A stretch of 64,000 nt of DNA, taken from an uncultured Eubacteriales bacterium (lineage in GTDB: Bacteria > Bacillota > Clostridia > Christensenellales > CAG-138). The notes below the pieces were generated by a model. That model saw only the letters and a list, made by a program, of their open reading frames with translations. It had not been told where the DNA came from and did not search any database. The translations under genes and the position numbers were made by a program. The first letter of the stretch is position 1; each line of letters begins with the position of its first letter. Of this stretch, positions 47,894-57,425 are shown in pieces. The stretch spans positions 290-64,289 of the forward strand of contig CADAZC010000001.1 of the NCBI GenBank assembly GCA_902792295.1, given 5' to 3'.

Positions 47894-49087
47894 ATGCGCG
47901 GAATCAATTCTGCCTACGGGCAGCTTCCGCCCGCCTTCTTCTTTTCCCGCCTGACGAAGACGGTTTCCGATTATGCGGCGGACCATCCCGACCGGCGTCT
48001 GCTGCGGCTGGGCGTGGGAGACGTTTCCGGACCGCTTGCTCCCGCAGTCATCGAAGCCCTGCATCGGGCGGTCGACGAGCAGAGCCGAAAGGAATCCTTT
48101 CACGGGTATTTGCCGGAGACGGGCACGGACTTTATGAAGGCGGCGGTGGCAAACTACTATCGGCGGCGGGACATGATCCTTTCCGCAAAGGAGATTTTCA
48201 TCTCCGGCGGGGCGGCCGATGACCTGGGCGCCATCGGAAACCTGTTTGCGCCCAACGCCCGGGTATTGGTGGCAGAACCTGCCTATCCCGCCTATGTGGA
48301 TACCAACCGCATGGCGGGACGGGAGATCCTTCCCCTCGCGGGAACCCGGGAAAACGGATTTCTGCCGCTGCCCGAAGCCGATACGGACGCCGACGTCGTC
48401 TATCTCTGTTCTCCGAACAATCCCACGGGCGCGGCATATACCCGGGCGCAGCTTCAACGGTGGGTAGACTGGGCAAATGCATGCGGGGCGGTCATCGTAT
48501 TTGACGCCGCCTATGAAGCTTTCGTTCAGGACGCGGACGTGCCGCACAGCATCTATGAACTCCCGGGCGCCGAAAAATGTGCCGTCGAAATCTGCTCCCT
48601 GTCCAAAACGGCGGGATTCACCGGCATGCGTCTGGGATACACCGTGGTGCCGGAAACGCTGGTGCGGGACGGCTGTTCCCTTCGGGATATGTGGACGCAG
48701 GATCGAACCACGCGTACCAACGGCGTTTCGTATGTTTTGCAGCGGGCGGGCGAAGCGGCCCTGTCCCCGGCGGGCGTCAGCCACAGCCGGGATGCCGTCG
48801 CCGTCTATCAGGAGAACGGACGCATTCTCTCCGAAGCGCTTATGAACGCAGGCGTCCGGTTCACCGGCGGCCGCAATGCCCCCTATATCTGGCTGCCCTG
48901 TCCGGAGGGGCAAAGCGGATGGTCCTTCTTCGATTATCTGCTGCGGACCGCGCAGATCGTCGTTACGCCCGGCGAGGGCTTCGGCGGCGGCGGAGAAAAA
49001 CACGTACGCCTCTCCTGCTTCGGAAGCAGGGAAGACACGGAGGAAGCCGCCGAACGGCTTCGGAGATTGTTTCAAAAAGGAATGTAG
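47894..49087 (+). CDS. dapL: LL-diaminopimelate aminotransferase
   Basis: N-terminal FFSRLTKTV...LRLGVGDVSGPL, fold-type-I aminotransferase, PLP-Lys context SLSKTAGFTGMRLGY; 397 aa. Confidence 0.75.
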   Translation: MRGINSAYGQLPPAFFFSRLTKTVSDYAADHPDRRLLRLGVGDVSGPLAPAVIEALHRAVDEQSRKESFHGYLPETGTDFMKAAVANYYRRRDMILSAKEIFISGGAADDLGAIGNLFAPNARVLVAEPAYPAYVDTNRMAGREILPLAGTRENGFLPLPEADTDADVVYLCSPNNPTGAAYTRAQLQRWVDWANACGAVIVFDAAYEAFVQDADVPHSIYELPGAEKCAVEICSLSKTAGFTGMRLGYTVVPETLVRDGCSLRDMWTQDRTTRTNGVSYVLQRAGEAALSPAGVSHSRDAVAVYQENGRILSEALMNAGVRFTGGRNAPYIWLPCPEGQSGWSFFDYLLRTAQIVVTPGEGFGGGGEKHVRLSCFGSREDTEEAAERLRRLFQKGM

Positions 49088-49130
49088 CGTAGCGTCATTC
49101 GTATAACGAATCGGAAGGGAGTATCGTAAT

Positions 49131-50999
49131 ATGTGCGGAATCGTCGGATATACCGGCTCGAAGCCGGCGGCGCCGATCCTGTTGGAAGGGCTGAAAAAGC
49201 TCGAATACCGCGGCTATGACTCCGCGGGCCTTGCCGTGCGCAGCGGCGACGCGCTTGCCGAGGTCGTAAAGGCGACCGGCAAGCTCAAGAACCTGATCGA
49301 AATGACCGATGAAGGAAGGACGATGCCGGGATTCTGCGGCATCGGACATACGCGCTGGGCGACGCACGGCGAGCCGAGCCGCGCAAACGCGCATCCGCAC
49401 GTTTCCGGCAACGCAACGGGCTCCGGCTCGGGACCGGTCGAATCGGACGTGGTCGGCGTGCACAACGGCATCATCGAGAATTTCGAGGAGCTCAAGCAGA
49501 AGCTTTTGAACAACGGCTACCGTTTTTACAGCGGCACGGACACCGAGGTGGTCATCAAGCTGGTCGACTACTACTACAAGAAGTACAAGATCGGCCCGAT
49601 CGACGCGATCAACCGCATGATGGTGCGCGTGCGCGGCAGCTATGCCCTTGCGCTGATGTTCAAGGACTTTCCGGGCGAGCTCTACTGCGCGCGAAAGGAC
49701 AGCCCGCTGATCATCGGCGTCGCGGACGGCGAAAGTTTTCTCGCCTCCGACGTGCCGGCGATTCTGAAGCACACGAGAGACGTCTATTACATCGACAATC
49801 TGCAGTCCGCACGACTCCTTCCGGGCGAAGCGCATTTCTTCGATCTGAACGGCGACGAGATTTCGCTGCCGCTTTCCCGCATCACATGGAACGCCGAGGC
49901 GGCGGAAAAGGGCGGCTACGAGCACTTCATGATCAAGGAGATTCACGAGCAGCCGAGAGCCGTTCGCGACACGCTGAACAGCATTCTGAAGGACGGCAGG
50001 ATCGACCTCTCCGCCGCAGGGCTTACGCCGGAGTTTTTACGCGGGATCAAGGACGTTCACATCGTCGCCTGCGGTTCCGCGTGGCATGTGGGAATGCTTG
50101 CGCAGTACGTGATCGAGGACCTTGCGGAGCTGACCGTTCGCGTGGAGCTTGCATCGGAGTTCCGCTACCGGAAGCTGCTGCTTTCAAAGGATTCTCTGGT
50201 GATCGTGGTGTCGCAGTCCGGTGAAACGGCGGACTCTCTCGCGGCGCTGCGGGCGGCAAAATCGCTGGGCGTGCCGACGCTTGCGATCGTCAATGTGATC
50301 GGCTCGACCATCGCGCGGGAAGCGGACCACGTGCTGTATACGCTCGCCGGTCCCGAGATCGCCGTTGCCACGACCAAGGCGTACAGCGCGCAGCTTGCGG
50401 CAATGTATACGCTTGCGATCGCGCTCGCCGACGTCCGCGGAAAGCTGGACGCCGCGCGTTACGCGGCGTATGTCAGGGAACTTTCCGAACTGCCGGACAA
50501 GATGGAACGCGCGTTTGAAAACAAGGAGCGCATCCAATGGTTTGCGTCGAAGCACGCCAACGCGCGGGACATCTTCTTCATCGGGCGCGGGCTCGATTAC
50601 GCGATCTGTCTTGAGGGCAGTCTCAAAATGAAGGAGATCTCCTACATCCACAGCGAGGCGTACGCGGCGGGCGAATTGAAGCACGGCACGATCTCCCTCG
50701 TCGAAAACGGCACGCTGATCATCGGCGTGCTGACGCAGCGGGACCGGATCGAAAAGACCGTCAGCAACATGGCGGAATGCAAGGCGCGCGGCGCATATCT
50801 CATGGGGCTGACCGGATACGGCAACTACAACGTTGAGGAGGCGGCGAATTTCACCGTTTACGTGCCGAACACCGATCCGCATTTTATCGGCAGCATCGCG
50901 ATCATTCCGCTGCAGCTTCTGGCGTACTACACGAGCGTCGCAAAAGGTTTGGATGTCGATAAGCCGCGCAACCTTGCAAAAAGCGTCACGGTGGAGTAA
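49131..50999 (+). CDS. glmS: glutamine--fructose-6-phosphate aminotransferase
   Basis: MCGIVGY N-terminal nucleophile, two SIS domains, C-terminal NLAKSVTVE. Confidence 0.95.
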   Translation: MCGIVGYTGSKPAAPILLEGLKKLEYRGYDSAGLAVRSGDALAEVVKATGKLKNLIEMTDEGRTMPGFCGIGHTRWATHGEPSRANAHPHVSGNATGSGSGPVESDVVGVHNGIIENFEELKQKLLNNGYRFYSGTDTEVVIKLVDYYYKKYKIGPIDAINRMMVRVRGSYALALMFKDFPGELYCARKDSPLIIGVADGESFLASDVPAILKHTRDVYYIDNLQSARLLPGEAHFFDLNGDEISLPLSRITWNAEAAEKGGYEHFMIKEIHEQPRAVRDTLNSILKDGRIDLSAAGLTPEFLRGIKDVHIVACGSAWHVGMLAQYVIEDLAELTVRVELASEFRYRKLLLSKDSLVIVVSQSGETADSLAALRAAKSLGVPTLAIVNVIGSTIAREADHVLYTLAGPEIAVATTKAYSAQLAAMYTLAIALADVRGKLDAARYAAYVRELSELPDKMERAFENKERIQWFASKHANARDIFFIGRGLDYAICLEGSLKMKEISYIHSEAYAAGELKHGTISLVENGTLIIGVLTQRDRIEKTVSNMAECKARGAYLMGLTGYGNYNVEEAANFTVYVPNTDPHFIGSIAIIPLQLLAYYTSVAKGLDVDKPRNLAKSVTVE

Positions 51000-51008
51000 A
51001 ATAGCAGT

Positions 51009-52544
51009 ATGGAACAGATTCTTATCTTGGATTTCGGCGGTCAGTACAAGCAGCTGATCGCCCGCCGCATTCGTGAATGCAATGTATACTGCGAAATTCT
51101 GCCGTATACGACGTCCCTTGAAACGATCCGCGCGCTGCAGCCGAAGGGCATCGTTCTGACCGGCGGTCCCGACAGCGTAAACGAGCCGCAGTCGCCTTCG
51201 TACGACGCCGGTCTGTTTTCGCTCGGCATCCCCGTGCTGGGCATCTGCTACGGCGCGCAGCTGACCGCAAAGCTTTTGGGCGGCGCCGTCGTTCCGGCGG
51301 GCGTCTCCGAATACGGGCATTCGGACCTGTTTGTCGATGTGCCGGACTCGGCGCTGTTCTCCGGCGTCCCGTCCGAAACGTCCTGCTGGATGAGCCACAC
51401 CGACCGCATCGAACGCGTGCCGGACGGATTTTTGATCACCGCGCACACGGGCAACTGTCCCGTCGCGGCGATGGAGGATCCGGACCGCCGTCTGTATGCC
51501 GTGCAGTTTCACCCGGAGGTCGTGCATACGCCGGAAGGCGCGGTGATGCTCCGCCGTTTCGTTCGCGAGATCTGCGGCTGCAGCGGGTCGTGGCACATGT
51601 CCGCATTCGCGCAGGAACAGATCGAGGCGCTCCGCAAAAAGATCGGTCCGGCGCGCGTACTGCTCGGTCTTTCGGGCGGCGTCGATTCCTCCGTTGCGGC
51701 AGCGCTGCTGTCGCGGGCGATCGGAAAGCAGCTCGTCTGCGTGTTCGTCGATCACGGACTGCTTCGCAAGAACGAGGGCGACGAAGTCGAGTCGGTATTC
51801 GGCGAAAACGGCGGCTTCGATCTGCAGTTTGTCCGCGTGCAGGCACAGGAACGGTTTTACCGCGCGCTGAAGGGCGTGACCGATCCCGAGCAGAAGCGGA
51901 AGATCATCGGCGAGCAGTTCATCCGCGTGTTTGAAGAGGAAGCGAACAAGCTCGGCGCGATCGATTATCTCGCGCAGGGAACGATCTATCCGGATGTGAT
52001 CGAAAGCGGCGTGGGCGGCGCGGTGATCAAGTCGCACCACAACGTCGGGGGTCTGCCGAAAACGTTGTCGTTTCGCGGGATCGTCGAACCGCTCAGACAG
52101 CTGTTCAAGGACGAAGTCCGCGCGGTCGGGCTGGAGCTCGGACTGCCCGCGTCCATGGTGTACCGTCAGCCGTTCCCCGGTCCGGGGCTCGGCGTCCGGA
52201 TCGTCGGCGAGGTCACGCCGGAAAAGGTGCGGATCGTGCAGGAGGCGGACGCGATCTTCCGCGAGGAGCTGACGCGTGCAGGCGTCGACGTCGGCAAAGG
52301 TCAGTTTTTCGCCGCGCTCACCAACATGCAGTCGGTCGGCGTCATGGGCGACGCCCGCACCTATGCGTATGCGGTGGTTCTGCGTGCCGTGATCACGGAG
52401 GACTTCATGACAGCGCGCGCCGCACGGCTCCCGTATGAGCTTCTCGATACCGCCATGAACCGCATCATCAACGAGGTAAAAGGCGTCAACCGCGTGTTCT
52501 ACGACCTGACGAGCAAGCCGCCTTCCACCATCGAACTCGAATAA
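51009..52544 (+). CDS. guaA: glutamine-hydrolysing GMP synthase (full length)
   Basis: GATase [10 protein letters not shown]...[11 protein letters not shown]-PPase [12 protein letters not shown]-terminal STIELE; 511 aa. Confidence 0.95.
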   Translation: MEQILILDFGGQYKQLIARRIRECNVYCEILPYTTSLETIRALQPKGIVLTGGPDSVNEPQSPSYDAGLFSLGIPVLGICYGAQLTAKLLGGAVVPAGVSEYGHSDLFVDVPDSALFSGVPSETSCWMSHTDRIERVPDGFLITAHTGNCPVAAMEDPDRRLYAVQFHPEVVHTPEGAVMLRRFVREICGCSGSWHMSAFAQEQIEALRKKIGPARVLLGLSGGVDSSVAAALLSRAIGKQLVCVFVDHGLLRKNEGDEVESVFGENGGFDLQFVRVQAQERFYRALKGVTDPEQKRKIIGEQFIRVFEEEANKLGAIDYLAQGTIYPDVIESGVGGAVIKSHHNVGGLPKTLSFRGIVEPLRQLFKDEVRAVGLELGLPASMVYRQPFPGPGLGVRIVGEVTPEKVRIVQEADAIFREELTRAGVDVGKGQFFAALTNMQSVGVMGDARTYAYAVVLRAVITEDFMTARAARLPYELLDTAMNRIINEVKGVNRVFYDLTSKPPSTIELE

Positions 52545-52580
52545 AAGGTTTAATTCAGGAAAGAAAAGGAAAGAAATCCC

Positions 52581-53558
52581 ATGAAACTGGCAATTTACGG
52601 ATACGGCAATCTCGGGCGCGGCGTGGAAGCCGCGATCGGAAAGAACCCGGACATGGAGCTTTTCGGCATTTTTACGCGGCGCGATCCCGCTTCCGTTCAT
52701 TCGGAAACCGGCGCGAACGTGTTTTCCGCCGGTGAGATCTTTCGCTTCAAGGATGAAATCGACGCGGTGATCCTCTGCGGCGGCAGCGCCACCGATCTGC
52801 CGGAGCTGACCCCGATGCTTGCAAAGGACTTCAACGTAATCGACAGCTTTGATACGCACGCCAACATCCCCAGGCACTTCGATGCGGTCGACGCCGCGGC
52901 AAAGGCGGGCGGAAAGCTCTCGCTGATCTCCTGCGGCTGGGATCCCGGCATGTTCTCCTTAAACCGGCTGTATGCGAACGCGATCCTGCCGGACGGGAAG
53001 GACTACACGTTCTGGGGCCGCGGCGTGAGTCAGGGACATTCCGACGCGATCCGCCGCATTCCGGGCGTCGTCGATGCAAGGCAGTATACGGTGCCGATTG
53101 AAGGAGTGCTGGATGCCGTGCGTTCCGGCAGACAGCCGGAGCTTACCGCAAGGCAGAAGCATCTGCGCGAATGCTACGTCGTCGCCGCGCCGGGTGCGGA
53201 CAAAGAAGCGATCGAGCGCGCGATCAAGACGATGCCGAACTATTTTGCCGATTACGATACGACGGTCACGTTCATTTCCGAAGAAGAAATGAAAAAGAAC
53301 CACAGCGCGCTGCCGCACGGCGGGTTCGTGATCCGCACCGGAACGTCGGGACTCCATGACGAGCATACGCACCGGATCGAGTATTCCCTGACGCTTGACT
53401 CCAATCCGGAGTTCACCGCGGGCGTGCTCACGGCGTTTGCACGGGCGATCGGGAGGATGGCCGACCGCGGCGAAACCGGCTGCCGCACCGTTTTCGATAT
53501 CGCGCCGGCGGACCTTTCGCCGCTCTCCCGCGAGGAACAGCGCCGCACGATGCTGTAA
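52581..53558 (+). CDS. ddh: meso-diaminopimelate D-dehydrogenase
   Basis: KLAIYGYGNLGRGVE, CGGSATDLPE, GWDPGMFSLNR, FWGRGVSQGHSDAIRRIPGV. Colinear with Corynebacterium Ddh. Confidence 0.9.
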   Translation: MKLAIYGYGNLGRGVEAAIGKNPDMELFGIFTRRDPASVHSETGANVFSAGEIFRFKDEIDAVILCGGSATDLPELTPMLAKDFNVIDSFDTHANIPRHFDAVDAAAKAGGKLSLISCGWDPGMFSLNRLYANAILPDGKDYTFWGRGVSQGHSDAIRRIPGVVDARQYTVPIEGVLDAVRSGRQPELTARQKHLRECYVVAAPGADKEAIERAIKTMPNYFADYDTTVTFISEEEMKKNHSALPHGGFVIRTGTSGLHDEHTHRIEYSLTLDSNPEFTAGVLTAFARAIGRMADRGETGCRTVFDIAPADLSPLSREEQRRTML

Positions 53559-53653
53559 GGCGTCAGTCCGCATCGCCGAAATCTTTTGACAGCGCATACG
53601 GAATCGTGAGTGCGGATTCCGGAAGCGAGGCGAGCGGAAAACCGATATTGCGG

Positions 53654-53693
53654 GCCGGTAAGATCGAAGCTTACCGGCTTTCTTCCGCTTTTT
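53654..53693 (+). terminator. intrinsic terminator ending the pyrG-ddh array
   Basis: 9-bp stem GCCGGTAAG / CTTACCGGC followed by a T-rich TTTCTTCCGCTTTTT. Confidence 0.7.
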
Positions 53694-53727
53694 ACGAAAA
53701 AAAGACGTTTTTTTGAAAAATCCCCCT

Positions 53728-53768
53728 GCGTCAGGTATTGCTCGTGACGCTGCGTCATGTGGTAAAGT
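53728..53768 (+). promoter_or_regulatory. MerR-type promoter/operator
   Basis: -35 TTGCTC (53738), 19-nt spacer, -10 TAAAGT (53763). The dyad TGACGC-T-GCGTCA (53745-53757) lies inside the spacer, with an extra GCGTCA half-site at 53728. Confidence 0.5.
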
Positions 53769-53792
53769 GACGGTGAAAGGAGGCGAAACGCT

Positions 53793-54518
53793 GTGTCGCA
53801 ATATACAACGGGTGAAATGGCAAAACTCTGCGGCGTGACCGTGCGCACCGTGCAGTATTATGATACGCGCGGCATTCTGACGCCCCATGCGCTGAGCGAG
53901 GGCGGTCGGCGGCTCTATGACGAGGACGACCTTCGGAAGCTGAAGGTCATCTGCTTTTTGCGTGAGATCGGGCTTTCGATCGATACCATCGGACAGCTGT
54001 TCATGGAGGAGGACCCAGCAAGCGTGATCGAGCTGCTTCTGGAACAGCAGGAGCAGGACCTGAAAACGGAACGCGGCGCGCTCGACGCAAAGCTCGAAAA
54101 GATCGCGGAGCTCAGAAAGACCGCTTCGGCGACCGATCATTTCACGGTTGAATCCATCGGCGATGTGGCGATCACCATGACAAACAAGAAAAAACACCGT
54201 CGCATGCTCCTGATCATGCTGCTGACCGCTTTGCCGGTCGCAGCGCTGGAATGCGCGGGCATCCTGCTGTGGGTGTTCAAAGGAATCTGGTGGGTATTTG
54301 CGTTGTCTGTCGCGATTGCGATCCCGTGGGGGATCCTGATCAGCCGGTATTATTACCGGCATGTCGCATACATCTGCCCGCAATGCCACCGGGTGTTCCG
54401 GCCTGCGTTCAGGGAGATGTTCTTTGCATCGCATACGGCAAAAACGCGCCGGCTGACCTGTCCGGAATGCGGACGCAAGGGCTTCTGCGTGGAGACGTGG
54501 GGCGGCGATCCCGAATGA
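53793..54518 (+). CDS. MerR-family regulator with two TM helices and a C-terminal zinc ribbon
   Basis: YTTGEMAKLCGVTVRTVQYYDTRGIL, a coiled coil, two hydrophobic helices, then CPQC...CPEC. GTG start after GAAAGGAGG. Confidence 0.8.
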   Translation: MSQYTTGEMAKLCGVTVRTVQYYDTRGILTPHALSEGGRRLYDEDDLRKLKVICFLREIGLSIDTIGQLFMEEDPASVIELLLEQQEQDLKTERGALDAKLEKIAELRKTASATDHFTVESIGDVAITMTNKKKHRRMLLIMLLTALPVAALECAGILLWVFKGIWWVFALSVAIAIPWGILISRYYYRHVAYICPQCHRVFRPAFREMFFASHTAKTRRLTCPECGRKGFCVETWGGDPE

Positions 54519-54608
54519 AACGCCGCGATCCGCTTTGCGGCTTTCCGTGGAAATCGCGAACGAGTTGTGATATAATCAATTAACCCGCCAAGAAGGAGGA
54601 AAACGGCA

Positions 54609-55529
54609 TTGGATGTTTTGACGACGAACGGTCTTTCCAAGGTCTACAAAGGCAACTTTGCGGTGAAAGACGTTTCGATGCATATTGAGAAGGGCGATAT
54701 TTACGGCTTTGTCGGCGAAAACGGCGCCGGAAAGACCACGCTGATTCGCCTGGTGACGGGACTTGCCGCGCCCACAAAGGGTTCGTACGCGCTGTACGGC
54801 GTGCCGAATACGTCGGGCGAGATCTTCGACGCCCGCAGACGCACCGGCGCGATCGTGGAGACGGCGACGATGAGCCGCAGCATGACGGCGATGGAAAACC
54901 TGAAGGTGCAGTGCTGCATTACGGGCGTCGAACGGACGGACGAGGAACTCGCCGCGCTGATCGGACGCGTGGGACTCGATTACGAATCGATCCGAAAGAA
55001 AAAGGCGGGCAAGTTCTCGCTCGGCATGCGGCAGCGCCTCGGTATCGCCATGGTCATGGTCTCCGATCCCGATTTCGTGATCCTCGACGAGCCGATGAAC
55101 GGTCTGGATCCGCAGGGATTCATCGAAGTCCGCGAAACGATCCTGAAACTGAACGCGGAGGGCGTCACGTTTCTGATCTCCAGCCACATCCTTTCGGAGC
55201 TTGAAAAAATCTGCACCAAGATCGGCGTGATCTCGCACGGTGTGCTGCTTGAGGAGATCCGGATGGACGATCTGCACCGGAACGCGCGGCGGCGGATCGT
55301 GATCGACGCGGAGAACATCGAAGCGGTCGAAGAAGCGCTGAAGGCGGACGGGAGTTTTTCCGAGATCGGACATGAGGAGGGAAAGCTTGCGGTCTTCGGC
55401 GATGCGGACCTGAACCGGATCATGCGGATTCTGGTCGAAAAGGATATCCGCGTGCGCTCCGTCAACACATTGGAGGAGACGATCGAGGACCACTACATTC
55501 GTCTTCTCGGAAGGGGGCGGATCGCATGA
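54609..55529 (+). CDS. ABC transporter ATP-binding protein (ABC-2 type)
   Basis: Walker A GENGAGKTT, signature FSLGMRQR, Walker B FVILDEPMNGLD. TTG start. Confidence 0.85.
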   Translation: MDVLTTNGLSKVYKGNFAVKDVSMHIEKGDIYGFVGENGAGKTTLIRLVTGLAAPTKGSYALYGVPNTSGEIFDARRRTGAIVETATMSRSMTAMENLKVQCCITGVERTDEELAALIGRVGLDYESIRKKKAGKFSLGMRQRLGIAMVMVSDPDFVILDEPMNGLDPQGFIEVRETILKLNAEGVTFLISSHILSELEKICTKIGVISHGVLLEEIRMDDLHRNARRRIVIDAENIEAVEEALKADGSFSEIGHEEGKLAVFGDADLNRIMRILVEKDIRVRSVNTLEETIEDHYIRLLGRGRIA

Positions 55530-56350
55530 AACGACTGCTGAAAGCGGACATCTACCGCGTGCTGAAAAGCCGTCTGACGCTGATCGCGCTGATCCTCGTG
55601 CTCGCGTTTCCCGTGCTGATCGTGTTCCTGTACGTCGGCATCCGCGCGTTGTCGGGACTCGATGCGGACATGGGCGGCATGGACATGCTGTTCAACGCCA
55701 ATTCCATCATCGGCTCCGCTTACTCGCTGACGAACAACATCGGTCTGGTGCTTCCGGCGTTCGCGGGGATCCTCGTATGCATGGACATTTCGAACGGCAC
55801 GCTCCGCAACAAGATCATTGCCGGAAACCGCCGTGCGGAGATCTATCTCTCGCATCTGATCGTTTCGATCCTGTTCTCGGTGGTCATGATCACGATCTAC
55901 ACGGCGATGACGGCGGGACTCGCACTGCTGTTCTTCCCGTTCAATACGGATCCGTCCATGGATCTCGGCAGAGAGATCCTGTACTTTATCGCAACCGGAA
56001 CGATGTCGTTTGTGTTCATCGCAACGGTTTCCACCCTGTTTGCAATGACGTTCCGGAGCGTTGCGCCGACGATCATCTTTACGATCGTGCTCTCGATCGC
56101 GCTGATGGCGATCAACTCCGTGCTCCTGCTCGTGGACTATCAGCCGTACCGGTACGCGGTCTATCTCATTCCGTCGTTTACCGGGAACTTCTTCAACCTG
56201 AACAGCTTCAGTCTGACCGGGCTGATCGCGCAGGGCGAGGAAACGTCGCGCGGACTGATGTTTGCGGAGGGCATGCTTTCCTATCTGTTCTTCGGGATCG
56301 TGAATACGGTGCTCGGACTGCTTCTGTTCAAAAAGCGCGATATCAACTGA
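55526..56350 (+). CDS. ABC-2 type transporter permease
   Basis: 274 aa with six hydrophobic helices. ATGA overlap with the ATPase gene. Confidence 0.65.
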   Translation: MKRLLKADIYRVLKSRLTLIALILVLAFPVLIVFLYVGIRALSGLDADMGGMDMLFNANSIIGSAYSLTNNIGLVLPAFAGILVCMDISNGTLRNKIIAGNRRAEIYLSHLIVSILFSVVMITIYTAMTAGLALLFFPFNTDPSMDLGREILYFIATGTMSFVFIATVSTLFAMTFRSVAPTIIFTIVLSIALMAINSVLLLVDYQPYRYAVYLIPSFTGNFFNLNSFSLTGLIAQGEETSRGLMFAEGMLSYLFFGIVNTVLGLLLFKKRDIN

Positions 56351-56364
56351 AATCAATACAGCGA

Positions 56365-56400
56365 AAGCCCTTTGCCGCAAATGCGGCGAAGGGCTTTTTT
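56365..56400 (+). terminator. intrinsic terminator
   Basis: AGCCCTTTGCCGC / GCGGCGAAGGGCT stem followed by TTTTTT. Confidence 0.75.
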
Positions 56401-56512
56401 CGGATTCCGGCCGGCTGCGCGAAACGACGAAAAAGCTTTCATCTTTTTTGAAAAAGTGCTTGACAAATATAATACATCGCGTTACGATGTATACCATGAA
56501 AGGAGGTATGGT

Positions 56513-56833
56513 ATGGACATTCAGTTGAAGCGCGGACTTCTGGACGTGTGCGTACTGGCGGCGATCCGGAACGAAGATTCCTACGGCTATAAGATCATCA
56601 AGGATATGAAACCGTATCTTGAGCTGTCCGAATCGACGCTGTATACCATTCTGAAACGTCTCGAAACGGCAAACATGCTGTCGGTGCGGACTGCGGAACA
56701 TGACGGCAGACTTCGCAAGTACTATCATATCACCGGCGACGGTATAAAACGCATCGAGGATTTCAAGGATGACTGGAAAGAGATCGAAACCATCTACCGA
56801 TTTGTAACCAAGGAGGAGCAGGAGCATGCTTAA
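56513..56833 (+). CDS. PadR family transcriptional regulator
   Basis: LLDVCVLAAIRNEDSYGYKIIKDM...STLYTILKRLE...RKYYHITGDG. ATG at 56513 follows AGGAGG. Confidence 0.85.
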   Translation: MDIQLKRGLLDVCVLAAIRNEDSYGYKIIKDMKPYLELSESTLYTILKRLETANMLSVRTAEHDGRLRKYYHITGDGIKRIEDFKDDWKEIETIYRFVTKEEQEHA

Positions 56834-57425
56834 GCAGGAGTTTTTGAACGCGTTGCGCGCCGGACTGTCCGGACTGCCGCAGGCGGATATTGAGGAGCGG
56901 GCGAATTTCTACGGCGAAATGATCGACGACCGTATGGAAGAAGGCGTTCCGGAGGAGGAAGCGGTCGCGGCGGTCGGTCCGGTCGACGAAATTGTCTCGC
57001 AGATCGTAGCGGAGACGCCGCTGACGAAGATCGTGAAGGAGCGCGTCAAGCCGAAAAGACGGCTGAAAGCGGGGGAGATCGTGCTGCTGGTGCTGGGTTC
57101 GCCCATCTGGCTTTCGCTTCTGATCGCGGCGTTTGCCGTCGTGTTTTCGCTGTATGTCGTGCTGTGGGCGCTGCTCATCTGCCTGTGGGCGGTTTTCGCG
57201 GCGTTTACCGTCTGTGCGCTTGTCTGCGTTGCGGCGGGGATTTCCTTTACGGTGCAGGGCAACGGTCTTTCGGGGCTTGCGGTGCTCGCGGCGGGACTCG
57301 TTCTCGCAGGGCTTGCGATCTTCCTGTTCTTTGCGTGTAAAGCCGCAAGCAAGGGCGTTGTAAAACTCACGGGAAAAATCGCGCGCGGCATCAAGAAGTG
57401 TTTTATGAAGAAGGAGGAAGCATAA
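56826..57425 (+). CDS. DUF1700-like membrane protein
   Basis: MLKQEFLNALRAGLSGLPQADIEERANFYGEMIDD... followed by TM helices. Typical partner of PadR. Confidence 0.65.
   Translation: MLKQEFLNALRAGLSGLPQADIEERANFYGEMIDDRMEEGVPEEEAVAAVGPVDEIVSQIVAETPLTKIVKERVKPKRRLKAGEIVLLVLGSPIWLSLLIAAFAVVFSLYVVLWALLICLWAVFAAFTVCALVCVAAGISFTVQGNGLSGLAVLAAGLVLAGLAIFLFFACKAASKGVVKLTGKIARGIKKCFMKKEEA

Noticed and set aside
49088-49130. Looked for a glmS ribozyme upstream of glmS.
   Set aside because: The gap is only 43 nt and holds just a 6-bp palindrome (ATTCGT-ATA-ACGAAT) plus the RBS, which is far too short for the ribozyme of about 170 nt. glmS appears to be co-transcribed with dapL.
50184-52877. 897-aa minus-strand ORF antisense to glmS and guaA. 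Similar cases occur at 8369-9616, 12323-13636, 15066-16445, 17335-18738, 34178-35614, 44778-46568, 47351-49075 and 52959-54434.
   Set aside because: All lie opposite genes with unmistakable conserved motifs ([15 protein letters not shown] and others) and are Arg/Asp/His-rich. They are high-GC artefacts.
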